Shown here one piece after another: positions 36,043 through 44,975 of a stretch of 64,000 nt of DNA. The position numbers were made by a program, and so were the translations under genes. The stretch covers positions 130,022 through 194,021 of IMG/VR virus record IMGVR_UViG_3300022744_000001, one strand, 5' to 3'. The notes beneath the pieces were generated by a model. The model ran no database searches, had not been told where the DNA came from, and worked only from the letters and a program-made list of their open reading frames with translations. The stretch comes from a virus. How positions within the stretch are numbered: the stretch's first letter is position 1; each line of letters begins with the position of its first letter.

Positions 36043-36458
36043 CTCGCTACGTCGTTCCGCTCCTCGGCATGGGGATCGCCACCTACCGGATCTACCGATT
36101 CGGCACCCCGAACAGTGCGTGGGTCGCTCTGTGGCTCGTGCTCGGCACGGCGGCCATCATGGTGGCCTTCGTTTGGTACGGCCTGCGGAAGGCGGCCCAG
36201 GGGGCGCCAAAGGCCCTCTTCGAGGTCACCTGCTCCTGTGGGGAGAGCCTTCTCCGGGCGGGTCCTGGGACGGCGAGCGAGATGTCCTTCACGCTGCAAT
36301 GCCCCCGGTGCAACGAACGAGTTCGGGTAGACCCGTTCTCGAACGAGGGGGACGGCGGCTCCATCGTGATCGAAGCTCGTATCGAGGGTCGGTTACGGGT
36401 CAAAGGCCCCTTGACCCTCTCCTCGAAAGGTCCCCTCACTCGGGTTCTGGCGCGCTAA
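36039..36458 (+). CDS. membrane protein with Zn-ribbon
   Basis: Two TM helices plus CSCG...CPRC. Confidence 0.55.
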   Translation: MTRYVVPLLGMGIATYRIYRFGTPNSAWVALWLVLGTAAIMVAFVWYGLRKAAQGAPKALFEVTCSCGESLLRAGPGTASEMSFTLQCPRCNERVRVDPFSNEGDGGSIVIEARIEGRLRVKGPLTLSSKGPLTRVLAR

Positions 36459-36534
36459 CCTCCCGGAGCAACCAGCCGAGAACAAGGTAGGCCAGGGCGA
36501 CGAGGACGGCGGCTCCAAAAATCCTGAGTGACAT
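36436..36534 (-). CDS. possible 32-aa hydrophobic peptide
   Basis: MSLRIFGAAVLVALAYLVLGWLLREVSAPEPE; below the ORF cutoff. Confidence 0.2.
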   Translation of the reverse strand: MSLRIFGAAVLVALAYLVLGWLLREVSAPEPE

Positions 36535-36619
36535 GGGCTAGTTAACACCGAGCCCCTAGACTCGAACAGCCCATAGCGCTATGTAGCCCAATATGGGCGC
36601 ATATCGCGAAGATAAGCCG

Positions 36620-36736
36620 ATGATTTACGTGCTAATCACGGTCGCAGTGATCTCGGCCGTTCTAACCATCGACCTTTTTTGGCGGCGGGCTGCCCAGATG
36701 CCGAAACCCCCTGTCACTTCTTCCGGGCATCCCTAA
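36620..36736 (+). CDS. possible 38-aa hydrophobic peptide
   Basis: MIYVLITVAVISAVLTIDLFWRRAAQMPKPPVTSSGHP. Confidence 0.2.
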   Translation: MIYVLITVAVISAVLTIDLFWRRAAQMPKPPVTSSGHP

Positions 36737-37136
36737 TTGCCAGCTCCTTGAGGGTCGCGTCGGCCTCCTTGAGCCGCTGCGCGAACTCCGGATCGACCTT
36801 CTTGAGCCCCTTCCCCCGACGCTTGAGGAGCGCGCGAGCGTCCTCCAGGGTCATAGGGTCGAGGCCGTTGGGGAGCTGGCAGTCGCGCTTGTAGAAGTCC
36901 CTCGCATCGTTGTTGATGGTCTCCTGCACCAAAGGGTCGAGCACCTCGGAGAGGCCGATTCCCGTCAACCACGAAAGCCGGGCTTTGTCCGCAAGGAAAT
37001 CATGAAGCGCCATGCTTTGTTCGTCGGTCAAGGCGCGGAGACCCTTTTCCTCGGTGAGATTTTCCGGGATGAGGTCGGTGGGTCTCTCCCCGCAGAGCAG
37101 GGTGAGTAGGTCGAGTATGGCTTCTGCGTAGGTCAT
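36714..37136 (-). CDS. hypothetical protein
   Basis: Start MTYAEAILDL. Confidence 0.55.
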   Translation of the reverse strand: MTYAEAILDLLTLLCGERPTDLIPENLTEEKGLRALTDEQSMALHDFLADKARLSWLTGIGLSEVLDPLVQETINNDARDFYKRDCQLPNGLDPMTLEDARALLKRRGKGLKKVDPEFAQRLKEADATLKELAIRDARKK

Positions 37137-37226
37137 GGTTGGTAGTTTCAACTCCCGGCCCTATCAGGGCTTCAAAAGTATCAACTAAACCCGTGGTGCG
37201 CTCAATGCTCCGGTGTCAAAAGGGGC

Positions 37227-37436
37227 ATGAACATCACAGAAGCCGAACTCAAGCAGCTCGAAAACACCAAAAGTGAAGACGAGTGGAACGACACCTGCAC
37301 CCAGATCAAGAAGGCGCGGAATGGGATGTACCCGCCCGATTGGTGGGCCAAGGTGATGGTGTCGGGGATGGGTCGGCGGGTCATGGAGGGCTGGTCGAAG
37401 CCGGGGACCCCAGATATCCAGGTCACCTCCGAATGA
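37227..37436 (+). CDS. small hypothetical protein
   Basis: CCGGTGTCAAAAGGGGCATG motif at the start. Confidence 0.45.
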   Translation: MNITEAELKQLENTKSEDEWNDTCTQIKKARNGMYPPDWWAKVMVSGMGRRVMEGWSKPGTPDIQVTSE

Positions 37437-37681
37437 CCCCTCGAGAAGAGGCTGAGCGCGACCCCAAGGTGCGGCAGATCTCCCGCATCCTGCTCAGGAT
37501 GTACCTGGGGTATCTGGTGCTGTTCTTGTTGCTGATCTGGCTCAAAGCGTCGCCATGGCTCATCTTGTCCGTGTGCATCTCCGGGCTCATTGCCGCACCG
37601 GTGATGCTGGTCGTCTTTTGGGTCGCGTACCTTGACGCTCGAGCTAGGGTTTCCCGCCGACGACGTGGGCTCGAACCGTGA
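37433..37681 (+). CDS. small membrane protein
   Basis: Start overlaps the previous stop; two TM helices. Confidence 0.5.
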   Translation: MTPREEAERDPKVRQISRILLRMYLGYLVLFLLLIWLKASPWLILSVCISGLIAAPVMLVVFWVAYLDARARVSRRRRGLEP

Positions 37682-38858
37682 TGGGGGCGTCCTCGGGCCC
37701 GCGCCAGTAGGGCTCGATGTGGATGGCCTTCCGGAGGCTGTGATTTGGCCCGTGGGCCTGGAACTTCCAGTGGCCCCGGACCAGGCTTTGGATGGTCGGG
37801 GAGCTTCGGCGCTTGCCTTCCAGGTAGTCGGCGAGGGCAGGCCGCACGTCAAGCTCGATGGGTTTGCCGACCCTAAAAGTCCGGGCGAGGGGCTCCGGGT
37901 TCGTCCGGCCCCCTTCCTTGGGGCTCATCATCGCGCTCTTGTGTTTGCCCACCTGCTTGACGTTGGCGGGGTCGCTCATGGCCAGGCACGTGTTCAAGAC
38001 CAAGCGGGTGAGAAGAACGAGGGTACGAGAGTCCCGGGTGTCGAGGCTCCCTCCCGTCGCTTCGGGGAAGGCTGTGAGGGACTTGTCCGAGGTCATCTCC
38101 CGTACCGGCCATTTGGTGCGGTGCAGGTTCACGGAACGGCTGTGGGCCAAGATGGACCACTTGTCCCCGATGGTAGTCACGTGGATGAAGTCGATGGGCT
38201 CATCCACCCCAGACTCAGAATTCGCAGTGAAAAGAAAGTTGGTTGGTAGGTCGATGATGAACGACGACCATGGAGGCAGGATCTCAACGTCGGGGACCGA
38301 GGTCGCCATGAGAGCAGCGGCGTAGCGGTGACCTCCGAGCTGGAGCACCGGGTAGGCGTTGTGAGCCCACTGGGCGGCCCCCAGCATCAGCTCCTGGCTC
38401 GAGGGGTCCTCCTGGAGCGCTTTGTAGGCCCACGTGGCGTTGACCTGCACCAGCATGTTCAGCATGGCTTTGCCCATGCGAGCGGTGGTGTCGAGGGTGT
38501 CCATGCGGTAGCCGTTGCCGAAGGTGAGAGGCCACCAGTATTGACCCAAACTCATGAGGTAGTCCTTCGTCACTACCGTGGTCCCAGGCGGACCATCCAT
38601 GTACACCAGGGGTTTCCCGCCCTCTGGAGCTGCAATGCACACAGCAAGCTGCGCCATCTCGCGCGCTTTGGCCAGGAAGTCATCCGGCGGCACCAGGCGG
38701 TTTGGGTCGGGGGTTCTCTGCAAAAGAACTTGCCTGACCCGTTCCGGAAGGTCGAGCTTCGCGGCAACAAGGTTCACCAGGTCGAGAAAACTATGCACGT
38801 GCTGTTCCTCGGTGTCAGAGCAAGAGTACACCTGGGGGACGTATGCTGAAGGCGGCAT
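37644..38858 (-). CDS. hypothetical 404-aa protein
   Basis: The largest unassigned ORF; coherent composition; C-terminal VRGHWKFQAHGPNHSLRKAIHIEPYWRGP segment was not recognised. Confidence 0.7.
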   Translation of the reverse strand: MPPSAYVPQVYSCSDTEEQHVHSFLDLVNLVAAKLDLPERVRQVLLQRTPDPNRLVPPDDFLAKAREMAQLAVCIAAPEGGKPLVYMDGPPGTTVVTKDYLMSLGQYWWPLTFGNGYRMDTLDTTARMGKAMLNMLVQVNATWAYKALQEDPSSQELMLGAAQWAHNAYPVLQLGGHRYAAALMATSVPDVEILPPWSSFIIDLPTNFLFTANSESGVDEPIDFIHVTTIGDKWSILAHSRSVNLHRTKWPVREMTSDKSLTAFPEATGGSLDTRDSRTLVLLTRLVLNTCLAMSDPANVKQVGKHKSAMMSPKEGGRTNPEPLARTFRVGKPIELDVRPALADYLEGKRRSSPTIQSLVRGHWKFQAHGPNHSLRKAIHIEPYWRGPEDAPITVRAHVVGGKP

Positions 38859-39157
38859 CTGACAGATGGGGTCTGGAAAAGGTGGTGTTCGTGGTTCTCG
38901 GCGGCGTCATGGCGACCGTGGCAGGGTCCTACCTGCTCGCCTGGGCCAGCTCGGAGAACACGGCGTTAGCTCGAGCACGTCGTTTCGCTCGAGCGGAGGG
39001 CCTGAAGAACTCCGGCGTTTCGTGCACCGTCGAGGACCCCGATAGGGACGGGTTCGTCTCATGCAGCATCGCATTGAAGGACTTCTTCTTTCCCCTCGAA
39101 TGCACAACCGAGTGGACGTTGGGCCCCGGGTGTCGCATCGGTGAGCTGGCGCCCTGA
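38843..39157 (+). CDS. secreted Cys-rich small protein (paralogue of 3210..3494)
   Basis: N-terminal hydrophobic segment; the DPDRDGFVSC...LECTTEW...GC pattern is shared. Confidence 0.5.
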   Translation: MLKAASDRWGLEKVVFVVLGGVMATVAGSYLLAWASSENTALARARRFARAEGLKNSGVSCTVEDPDRDGFVSCSIALKDFFFPLECTTEWTLGPGCRIGELAP

Positions 39158-39180
39158 GCTGTGGCGGTGTAGTCCCTGGC

Positions 39181-39420
39181 ATGGAGAACGCCAAGGACTC
39201 TCTCGAGGTCCTGACGACACGCAATTTGCTTGCTCCCTACGTGACCGGGCTGGACCTCGAAATCGTCGTGATGATGCTTGACGGCAAGAGGCCAACAGAG
39301 ATCGCTCGTGCGCTAGGTCTGACCGAGGGGCGGGTTCGCCACCGCTATTTCACGGTGTTTCGGAGGTTGGACGTGGTCTGTAAGCTCCTGCAACGGCTCC
39401 CGGTGGTGCTCCCCGTATGA
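39181..39420 (+). CDS. small sigma-70 region-4/LuxR-type HTH protein
   Basis: LDLEIVVMMLDGKRPTEIARALGLTEGRVRHRY is HTH-like; GGCGGTGTAGTCCCTGGCATG motif at the start. Confidence 0.55.
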   Translation: MENAKDSLEVLTTRNLLAPYVTGLDLEIVVMMLDGKRPTEIARALGLTEGRVRHRYFTVFRRLDVVCKLLQRLPVVLPV

Positions 39421-39743
39421 CCGAGCTTCTGCAACGGGTTCGGTTCGGCGTTGTGGTGGACCGCAAGCTCGAGCTTGCCCCCAACGTGCATCGTCTCTGC
39501 CACGCCTTTGGGCTCACCACTGCTGAGGCCCTGGTGGCCTACGCGCGCTCAAACCCTGTCGGTGTCGCCCTCGGCCTGTGCTGGACCGAGGAGGAAGTGC
39601 TCGAGGCAGCCACGGATCTGGAAAAGAGCTTGAAGCCGCCGCCCGAGGTCGAATGTGGCAACTGCCGGGGAACTGGCTTTTTGTGCTACGCCTGCGGGCC
39701 AAAGGAGGTGGCTGGTGTAATCGAGGGGTGGACAAAGGGGTAA
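39417..39743 (+). CDS. hypothetical protein with C-terminal CxxC...CxxC
   Basis: ECGNCRGTGFLCYACG. Confidence 0.55.
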   Translation: MTELLQRVRFGVVVDRKLELAPNVHRLCHAFGLTTAEALVAYARSNPVGVALGLCWTEEEVLEAATDLEKSLKPPPEVECGNCRGTGFLCYACGPKEVAGVIEGWTKG

Positions 39744-39913
39744 CCTTCCAACAGGCCATCCTACTCGGGCTCGCCTTCGGCTTTGCTTCTGGGGTGGGCT
39801 TCTACCTCATTACGAACCGGGGCGATATCGCAGCCCTCGTAGGGCTTGCAGAGGCGGTCGTTGGGGTGGCGACATTTCCCATGGTCATGCCTCGGAGACA
39901 TCGCAGATGGTAG
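39728..39913 (+). CDS. small membrane protein
   Basis: GTG start; two TM helices. Confidence 0.3.
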   Translation: MDKGVTFQQAILLGLAFGFASGVGFYLITNRGDIAALVGLAEAVVGVATFPMVMPRRHRRW

Positions 39914-40042
39914 ACAAAACAGGACGCAGGGCAGGGAAAACAGGGGACCCGTTTTTCTGGAGCAAGCTCGCCCGCGGGTGGATCGACCCTGACTGGTGGA
40001 AAAAGCCCCCGTATAACCAGCCACAGCAGCGGTGTACTGAGA

Positions 40043-40369
40043 ATGATGGAACAGAATAACTCAGAAGTCGCTGCTCGAATCATGAACCTCGTTGTGGAGA
40101 GGTACCAGAAGGACGGCCCTCTCGTCCTTGCCCCGACCATCTACAACCAAGTCTTCGAAGCGCTGGAGGCTAACTCCACGTCTCTCGACCTCCACGGCCC
40201 GGAGATGCAGGAGGTGTTCTCCAATCTCGTCGAAATCGTTCGGTCGGTGGCGGTAGACGTTCTCCCCGAAGACCTTCGGGACGTGCTGATGAACCGCTTC
40301 GCGTCAGCGATGGAAGGTTTCGAGGACCGGATGCAGGCTCAACTCGACGGGGTCAGTCCAACTCGTTGA
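40043..40369 (+). CDS. hypothetical protein
   Basis: GCGGTGTACTGAGAATG motif at the start. Confidence 0.55.
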   Translation: MMEQNNSEVAARIMNLVVERYQKDGPLVLAPTIYNQVFEALEANSTSLDLHGPEMQEVFSNLVEIVRSVAVDVLPEDLRDVLMNRFASAMEGFEDRMQAQLDGVSPTR

Positions 40370-40781
40370 TCGCGGCAACGAAGGCGTCTTCCAAACTCTC
40401 ACCCCGGCGGATGTTGCGTTTGAAGGCAATCTCGGCAAGGGTAGCTCGAGCCGCTTTCTTGCGCGGGTCTCGTTCCATGTCCGCGGCTACCAGTCGAGCG
40501 AGACGAGCCATGGTCATGATTTGGTCTTCGCGAATCTCCTCAACTCGTTTGAGTGCGAGTTCGCTTTGGTTGTGACAAGAGTCAAAGGAATCCTTCAACG
40601 GGGGATGAGATTCCTTGGCTAGGTTGTGCTCGATGAGCTGGTCTTTCGTTATAACCGAAGAGACTCCGCTCCAGATGGTCTTGCTACCAGCGTACAATGA
40701 CGCGACAAGACTCAACCCTACCCCAATTAGGGTAAGGTAAGACTTAGCTTTCTCGGCAGGCCGAAGAGACGGTGTCGCCAC
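40353..40781 (-). CDS. membrane-anchored hypothetical protein
   Basis: N-terminal TM helix. Confidence 0.5.
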   Translation of the reverse strand: MATPSLRPAEKAKSYLTLIGVGLSLVASLYAGSKTIWSGVSSVITKDQLIEHNLAKESHPPLKDSFDSCHNQSELALKRVEEIREDQIMTMARLARLVAADMERDPRKKAARATLAEIAFKRNIRRGESLEDAFVAAINELD

Positions 40782-40804
40782 ATTGGGTCTACACCAGAAA
40801 TGGG

Positions 40805-41239
40805 TTACCCAAGATGAAAGACCTCTGTCACCCCGTGGTCGGCCACCAGGACAGCCAACCCGGTCGCCTCTTGCAGCTTCCGACCGGACTCAGCGTCGTA
40901 CAGCGTGAGCGCTTCCAAGAGGCCCTGTCGGGTCGCGAGACCTCGAGCGAAGGGGACTTCCCCCTTGTCCCGGTGCTGCTGCCAATCATGCCCGGGCATG
41001 AGCGCGTCGGCGAGTGCGCCCCCAAAGGGAGTATCCACGTTCAAGAGCACAATGACTACCTCGCGGGGGTCGAGCCCTCGTTCCTTGACCCGGTTCGCAA
41101 AGTGGCGGACCCGTTCCTCTTGCTGGGTGAATGTGTTCCGGCAGTTGAACTTCTCGACTGCTTGGATCACCCCCAAGGCTACGGGGTCCTCCAAGACAAG
41201 CTGCCCGTTCACCTCTCGTACGATCCCGATCTCAGACAT
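40805..41239 (-). CDS. hypothetical protein
   Basis: Internal start MSEIGIVREV; the upstream extension is Arg/Ser low-complexity. Confidence 0.55.
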   Translation of the reverse strand: MSEIGIVREVNGQLVLEDPVALGVIQAVEKFNCRNTFTQQEERVRHFANRVKERGLDPREVVIVLLNVDTPFGGALADALMPGHDWQQHRDKGEVPFARGLATRQGLLEALTLYDAESGRKLQEATGLAVLVADHGVTEVFHLG

Positions 41240-41477
41240 GGTCACCTCCCTGCTTTTGCTGGAGTCGTTCCTCGACCTTCTCGACCAGCATTTCGATCTG
41301 CTCGTCCGTGGCCTCGTAGACCTGAAGGTCCGGCGTGGGGGAGAGCAACCAGCTCTCCGTAGGGAAGCGCTGGGCCAAGGACGACTCGCCCCCAAGGGCA
41401 GCTTGTAGGAGCACGCATCCGGGCCGAATCAGGTTGCAATCGAACGCGATCTTTCGCGTTGCCTTGGATTCTGTCAT
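41232..41477 (-). CDS. small hypothetical protein
   Basis: Start MTESKATRK. Confidence 0.4.
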   Translation of the reverse strand: MTESKATRKIAFDCNLIRPGCVLLQAALGGESSLAQRFPTESWLLSPTPDLQVYEATDEQIEMLVEKVEERLQQKQGGDHV

Positions 41478-41558
41478 TTGGGCCGAGAGTCTTGCACAAC
41501 ACGTGCCGGAAAACAACTGGCAACCAGCGCTTTGATGGTGGGCCGGTGTAACCAGGGT

Positions 41559-41951
41559 ATGCCGCGCGTCATGGCTTGGATCAAGGGTGTGCTCGGGCCT
41601 CGAGTTCGTACCTGGCACGTTGAGGCTGTCTTCGTGGCTGTCTTCCTGTGTTCCGTGGCCATGTGGAGCAAGAAGGGGCTCATTGAGTGGGTGGGCACTC
41701 TGGCGGTCTTCTTCACCTGGTTGCATGCGTCTGTGGCGGACCGGCTTGCAGAGGGGCCCGCGGCCGAGCGCTCAGGAGTGGAGTGCGCGTGGAAGCTCGT
41801 GCCGTACTACTACGTTAAGGAAGCTCTTTGGTGTGCCTATTTCTCTTGGCTCGGCGCATGGTCTGCACTGGCTGGGTCGGTTCTATTTATCGGGTACGGT
41901 ATGTGGCGTCGAGCGTGGCGCAGGTACCAAGCTGGGTTGCCACCAGCATAG
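41559..41951 (+). CDS. membrane protein
   Basis: CCGGTGTAACCAGGGTATG motif at the start; three to four TM helices. Confidence 0.5.
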   Translation: MPRVMAWIKGVLGPRVRTWHVEAVFVAVFLCSVAMWSKKGLIEWVGTLAVFFTWLHASVADRLAEGPAAERSGVECAWKLVPYYYVKEALWCAYFSWLGAWSALAGSVLFIGYGMWRRAWRRYQAGLPPA

Positions 41952-41958
41952 AGGAATC

Positions 41959-42198
41959 ATGGCTCATGAAATCACCCTGCAAGCGCTCTGGGTACTCGGC
42001 ACCAAACTGCTGATTGTCCCCATCGTTCTTGTTTACGGGACGGCATTGTGGGTGAGCAAGTATCGCATCGAGTTTTTCGAAGCGTTCATCTCGCCCGTTG
42101 AGTTTTTCATGGAGGGTCGAAACCTCTGGGTGAAGACCTTGTCTGCCCTCTACATCATCTGGATTGCGTACATCTTTGGGCGCGGTCTTTTGTTCTGA
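41959..42198 (+). CDS. small membrane protein
   Basis: Two TM helices. Confidence 0.45.
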   Translation: MAHEITLQALWVLGTKLLIVPIVLVYGTALWVSKYRIEFFEAFISPVEFFMEGRNLWVKTLSALYIIWIAYIFGRGLLF

Positions 42199-42205
42199 GG
42201 GGCCT

Positions 42206-42679
42206 ATGAATCATTACACTTCAATGTGCGAGTGCGGGGACGTCCAACATTGGACGGCGCAGACAAACACGCGAACGCACTGCCCGAAGTGCAATGGGAC
42301 CAACCTCAAGATCGAATGTCAAAGGGTCGGTGCGGACGACAAACTCACCCGTGCTCTTGCCCCGACCGTGGTGGTGCCCGCGATTCGGAAAGGCACCCTA
42401 TCCGATCCTCCGTTGGGCCGCAGGACCAAACGCCCCCGAGGTGCCTCGTTCCCGCCCGCCCCTCCACTCCCGGCGCCTGGGAACGTCCCCTCCGTGATGG
42501 CAGATCCGCTCGAGCTGCTCCTGACCACGCTCACGGTCAAGACCCAAACGGCCGAGGTTCAACGAGTCTGGGCGGAACGTTTCGGCACGTCCGAGGAGTT
42601 CGCCGCGGCCAAGGCGAGCCAAGAAGCGTATCAAGACACACTGAAAATGCTGCAAGACGTGCTGCGTCCGCGCAGATAG
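42206..42679 (+). CDS. hypothetical protein with N-terminal Zn-ribbon
   Basis: CECG...CPKCNG. Confidence 0.55.
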   Translation: MNHYTSMCECGDVQHWTAQTNTRTHCPKCNGTNLKIECQRVGADDKLTRALAPTVVVPAIRKGTLSDPPLGRRTKRPRGASFPPAPPLPAPGNVPSVMADPLELLLTTLTVKTQTAEVQRVWAERFGTSEEFAAAKASQEAYQDTLKMLQDVLRPRR

Positions 42680-42719
42680 TGCGGGACTGCACCAGCGATT
42701 TCCGCTAGATTTTTCGCTG

Positions 42720-43019
42720 GTGCCCAAGCACTTCCGCCCGCCGTCCAAGAAAGAGGAAGCCCTGCTTCAGGCGCTGCTCAAGCGCGAAGGGTTCGGGCTC
42801 GACCTCGCCCAACGGTGCAAGATCTCAAGGGGCACCGTCTACGTGACGTTGAGCCGTCTCGAGGTCAAGGGCTATGTCGTGTCTCGGCAGGAGACACGTG
42901 AAGGCGCCATCGGCCTTCCGATCCGGATCTACGCGATCACAGAGCTGGGGAAGCGGCTGCTCGAGGCGCTCAAGCTAGCTCAGGAGCATCTCAATTCTTC
43001 TCCCCGCCCCCGCGGATGA
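42720..43019 (+). CDS. PadR/MarR-like winged-helix regulator
   Basis: GTG start; ISRGTVYVTLSRLEVKGYV is wHTH-like. Confidence 0.5.
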   Translation: MPKHFRPPSKKEEALLQALLKREGFGLDLAQRCKISRGTVYVTLSRLEVKGYVVSRQETREGAIGLPIRIYAITELGKRLLEALKLAQEHLNSSPRPRG

Positions 43020-43428
43020 CCCCGAACTTGCGCTTGGGGGGCTCGGAGGTGGTGGCCGGGACCTGGGCGTCCACCGGAGGCAGGTCCTTCACGGTGGTGG
43101 CCGTGGACGACGACGTGGCTACGGGCTCTTCACGGTGGAACGCGACGACGTAGTTCTCTTGGTTCGTGAACTGCGCACAGGCGCCCCAGGGGATCTTCAC
43201 GAAGTACAGGTTCCCTTTGAAGCTCAACGTTCCCGACCAGCCTTCGTCGGTGAGCTTCAAGTCAGGGATCTGTGGCCCCGATTCGAAAGCGAGCTTGAAC
43301 GCCACAGCCTCTTGCCCTTGCAGGTGAGGGGGCACTTCCACTCCCGGGTAGGTCAAATCGACCGATACCCAGGGAAACGAGTGCTTCAAGAGGGTTTGGA
43401 GGAGTTCTTTCTTCATCCGGTTGTTCAT
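42991..43428 (-). CDS. SspB-like ClpXP adaptor protein
   Basis: VDLTYPGVEVPPHLQGQEAVAFKLAFESG...LYFVKIPWGACAQF matches the SspB substrate-binding domain pattern and is followed by a disordered tail. Confidence 0.55.
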   Translation of the reverse strand: MNNRMKKELLQTLLKHSFPWVSVDLTYPGVEVPPHLQGQEAVAFKLAFESGPQIPDLKLTDEGWSGTLSFKGNLYFVKIPWGACAQFTNQENYVVAFHREEPVATSSSTATTVKDLPPVDAQVPATTSEPPKRKFGVIRGGGEKN

Positions 43429-43472
43429 GCACCTAAAGCCTTGCGAAAAGTAGATTCGGTGTAGTCGTGGGC

Positions 43473-43970
43473 ATGACCGACGACGAGGCCGAAGCCCTGC
43501 TTGTGAAACTGTCCGAGCACTACAAGACACCGGTGATGCCAGTGACTCGCTACTGCAAGTCGTTCGAGCAGTGGCGGGAGGCGCTGGACAACCGAGTGCG
43601 CCGTCATCTGGAGAAGCTGTATCCGGATGTGAAAGCGGACAGGAAGTCCCCGGAGTACGAAGCGGCTTGGAAGCTCTACCATCAGGAGAAAGCCGCTCTA
43701 CCCGAGGAGGAGGAACGGAGGAGGCGGGTAGGGCGTTTGCGTGACCTGGAACAGGACATGCGTGGTATCAATCAGGTGAGCCTCATGATCCGCAAGTCGA
43801 GCCTCCTGTTTCGGCTCATCTACTGCGGCGAGAAGCTCCGACCTACCATGTGCCCCGAGCACAAAGGGGAGTGGTCAGGGCTGGAGATGCCTCCCATACC
43901 CGAACACGGCATCGAGGGGAACGTTTGCCCTCACGGCTGCCACTTGACCGGGTGGATTCCGGAAAGGTGA
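43473..43970 (+). CDS. hypothetical protein
   Basis: TTCGGTGTAGTCGTGGGCATG motif at the start. Confidence 0.6.
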   Translation: MTDDEAEALLVKLSEHYKTPVMPVTRYCKSFEQWREALDNRVRRHLEKLYPDVKADRKSPEYEAAWKLYHQEKAALPEEEERRRRVGRLRDLEQDMRGINQVSLMIRKSSLLFRLIYCGEKLRPTMCPEHKGEWSGLEMPPIPEHGIEGNVCPHGCHLTGWIPER

Positions 43971-43974
43971 GTCA

Positions 43975-44565
43975 ATGCCAAACCCTCCTCGCGCCGAAGA
44001 CTTCGAATACGACGAAACCTGGAATCCTTCCGGGTTTCGTGTAGACCCTCAAACAGGCGAGGTAATTGGGACGACCTCAGCAGGAGGCGGGGGTTCGGAC
44101 AGAGAGCGCCACCCCTCTATCGAAGTGGGCCTCAAAGCGGAGGATGTGCAAGGCGGTAGGGTTGAGGAAGGTCAGTTCTATGCCCTTCTGAAGCCTATGC
44201 TGGCGTTGGTGCAAGCACGCAAAGCTGAAGGTATTTGCGAGTTCCGAGTGTGGGACCGAAGCGAGAACACCTGTTTCACGGTGCCTGAGAACACTCGGTT
44301 TCTCTGGTATCAGGGCGAGTTGGAACTCGAGGGCTCTCTCGCCAAAAACGTGGGTCCCGGGACGATCTTCATCCACCGGCCAACGAATCGCCTGTTCTTC
44401 ATCGGGCCCGAGGCGCGGGAAAAGCAGCGAGTGCAAGTGCTAGCGGACTGGGATGTCAAGCTGAATTTAGGAGAAACACTCTGGGCTCGCGAGGTCTCGC
44501 TGTACTACAATCCGAAGATTGATTGGGGCCCGAAGCAGGCAAGTCGGTTTGACCTGATCGGCTAG
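43975..44565 (+). CDS. hypothetical protein
   Basis: 196 aa. Confidence 0.6.
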   Translation: MPNPPRAEDFEYDETWNPSGFRVDPQTGEVIGTTSAGGGGSDRERHPSIEVGLKAEDVQGGRVEEGQFYALLKPMLALVQARKAEGICEFRVWDRSENTCFTVPENTRFLWYQGELELEGSLAKNVGPGTIFIHRPTNRLFFIGPEAREKQRVQVLADWDVKLNLGETLWAREVSLYYNPKIDWGPKQASRFDLIG

Positions 44566-44568
44566 GAG

Positions 44569-44766
44569 GTGCGGATGCGACGGCACTTGGCCAAAGTTCT
44601 CACGGTTTCCCCTTGGCTTCTGGCTCTGGTCGGCGTGTTTGGAAAAGGGGCCGGGGGCGTCCAGCTTGTTGTGGCCCTCCTCGTCTGGATCGCAGCCGTT
44701 GCGGGGATGCTCCTGGTGGCTACGCTCATCGAAGCCAGCCGCCTCAAGGAGCCAGAAGATGAGTGA
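44569..44766 (+). CDS. small membrane protein
   Basis: GGAGG SD; two TM helices. Confidence 0.5.
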   Translation: MRMRRHLAKVLTVSPWLLALVGVFGKGAGGVQLVVALLVWIAAVAGMLLVATLIEASRLKEPEDE

Positions 44767-44944
44767 AGCCGTTCGAGCCTATTGCCCCCGGTGCAAAGGG
44801 TGTCTGCTGGGAGGAGAGTGGTTTCAAGGGCGCGTGTGCGGCACATGCCATGGCGAGACCATTCCGGAGGACGATGCCCCGCCCGAGGGGGAAGCTCCGC
44901 CGCTCGAGCCCGGGGTGGTCGCCGACTTACTCGCGCTCGACTGA
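44759..44944 (+). CDS. small Zn-ribbon protein
   Basis: CPRCKG...CGTCHG. Confidence 0.45.
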   Translation: MSEAVRAYCPRCKGCLLGGEWFQGRVCGTCHGETIPEDDAPPEGEAPPLEPGVVADLLALD

Positions 44945-44975
44945 CCGATACTGTGTTTATGGCCTTGACATAGAC

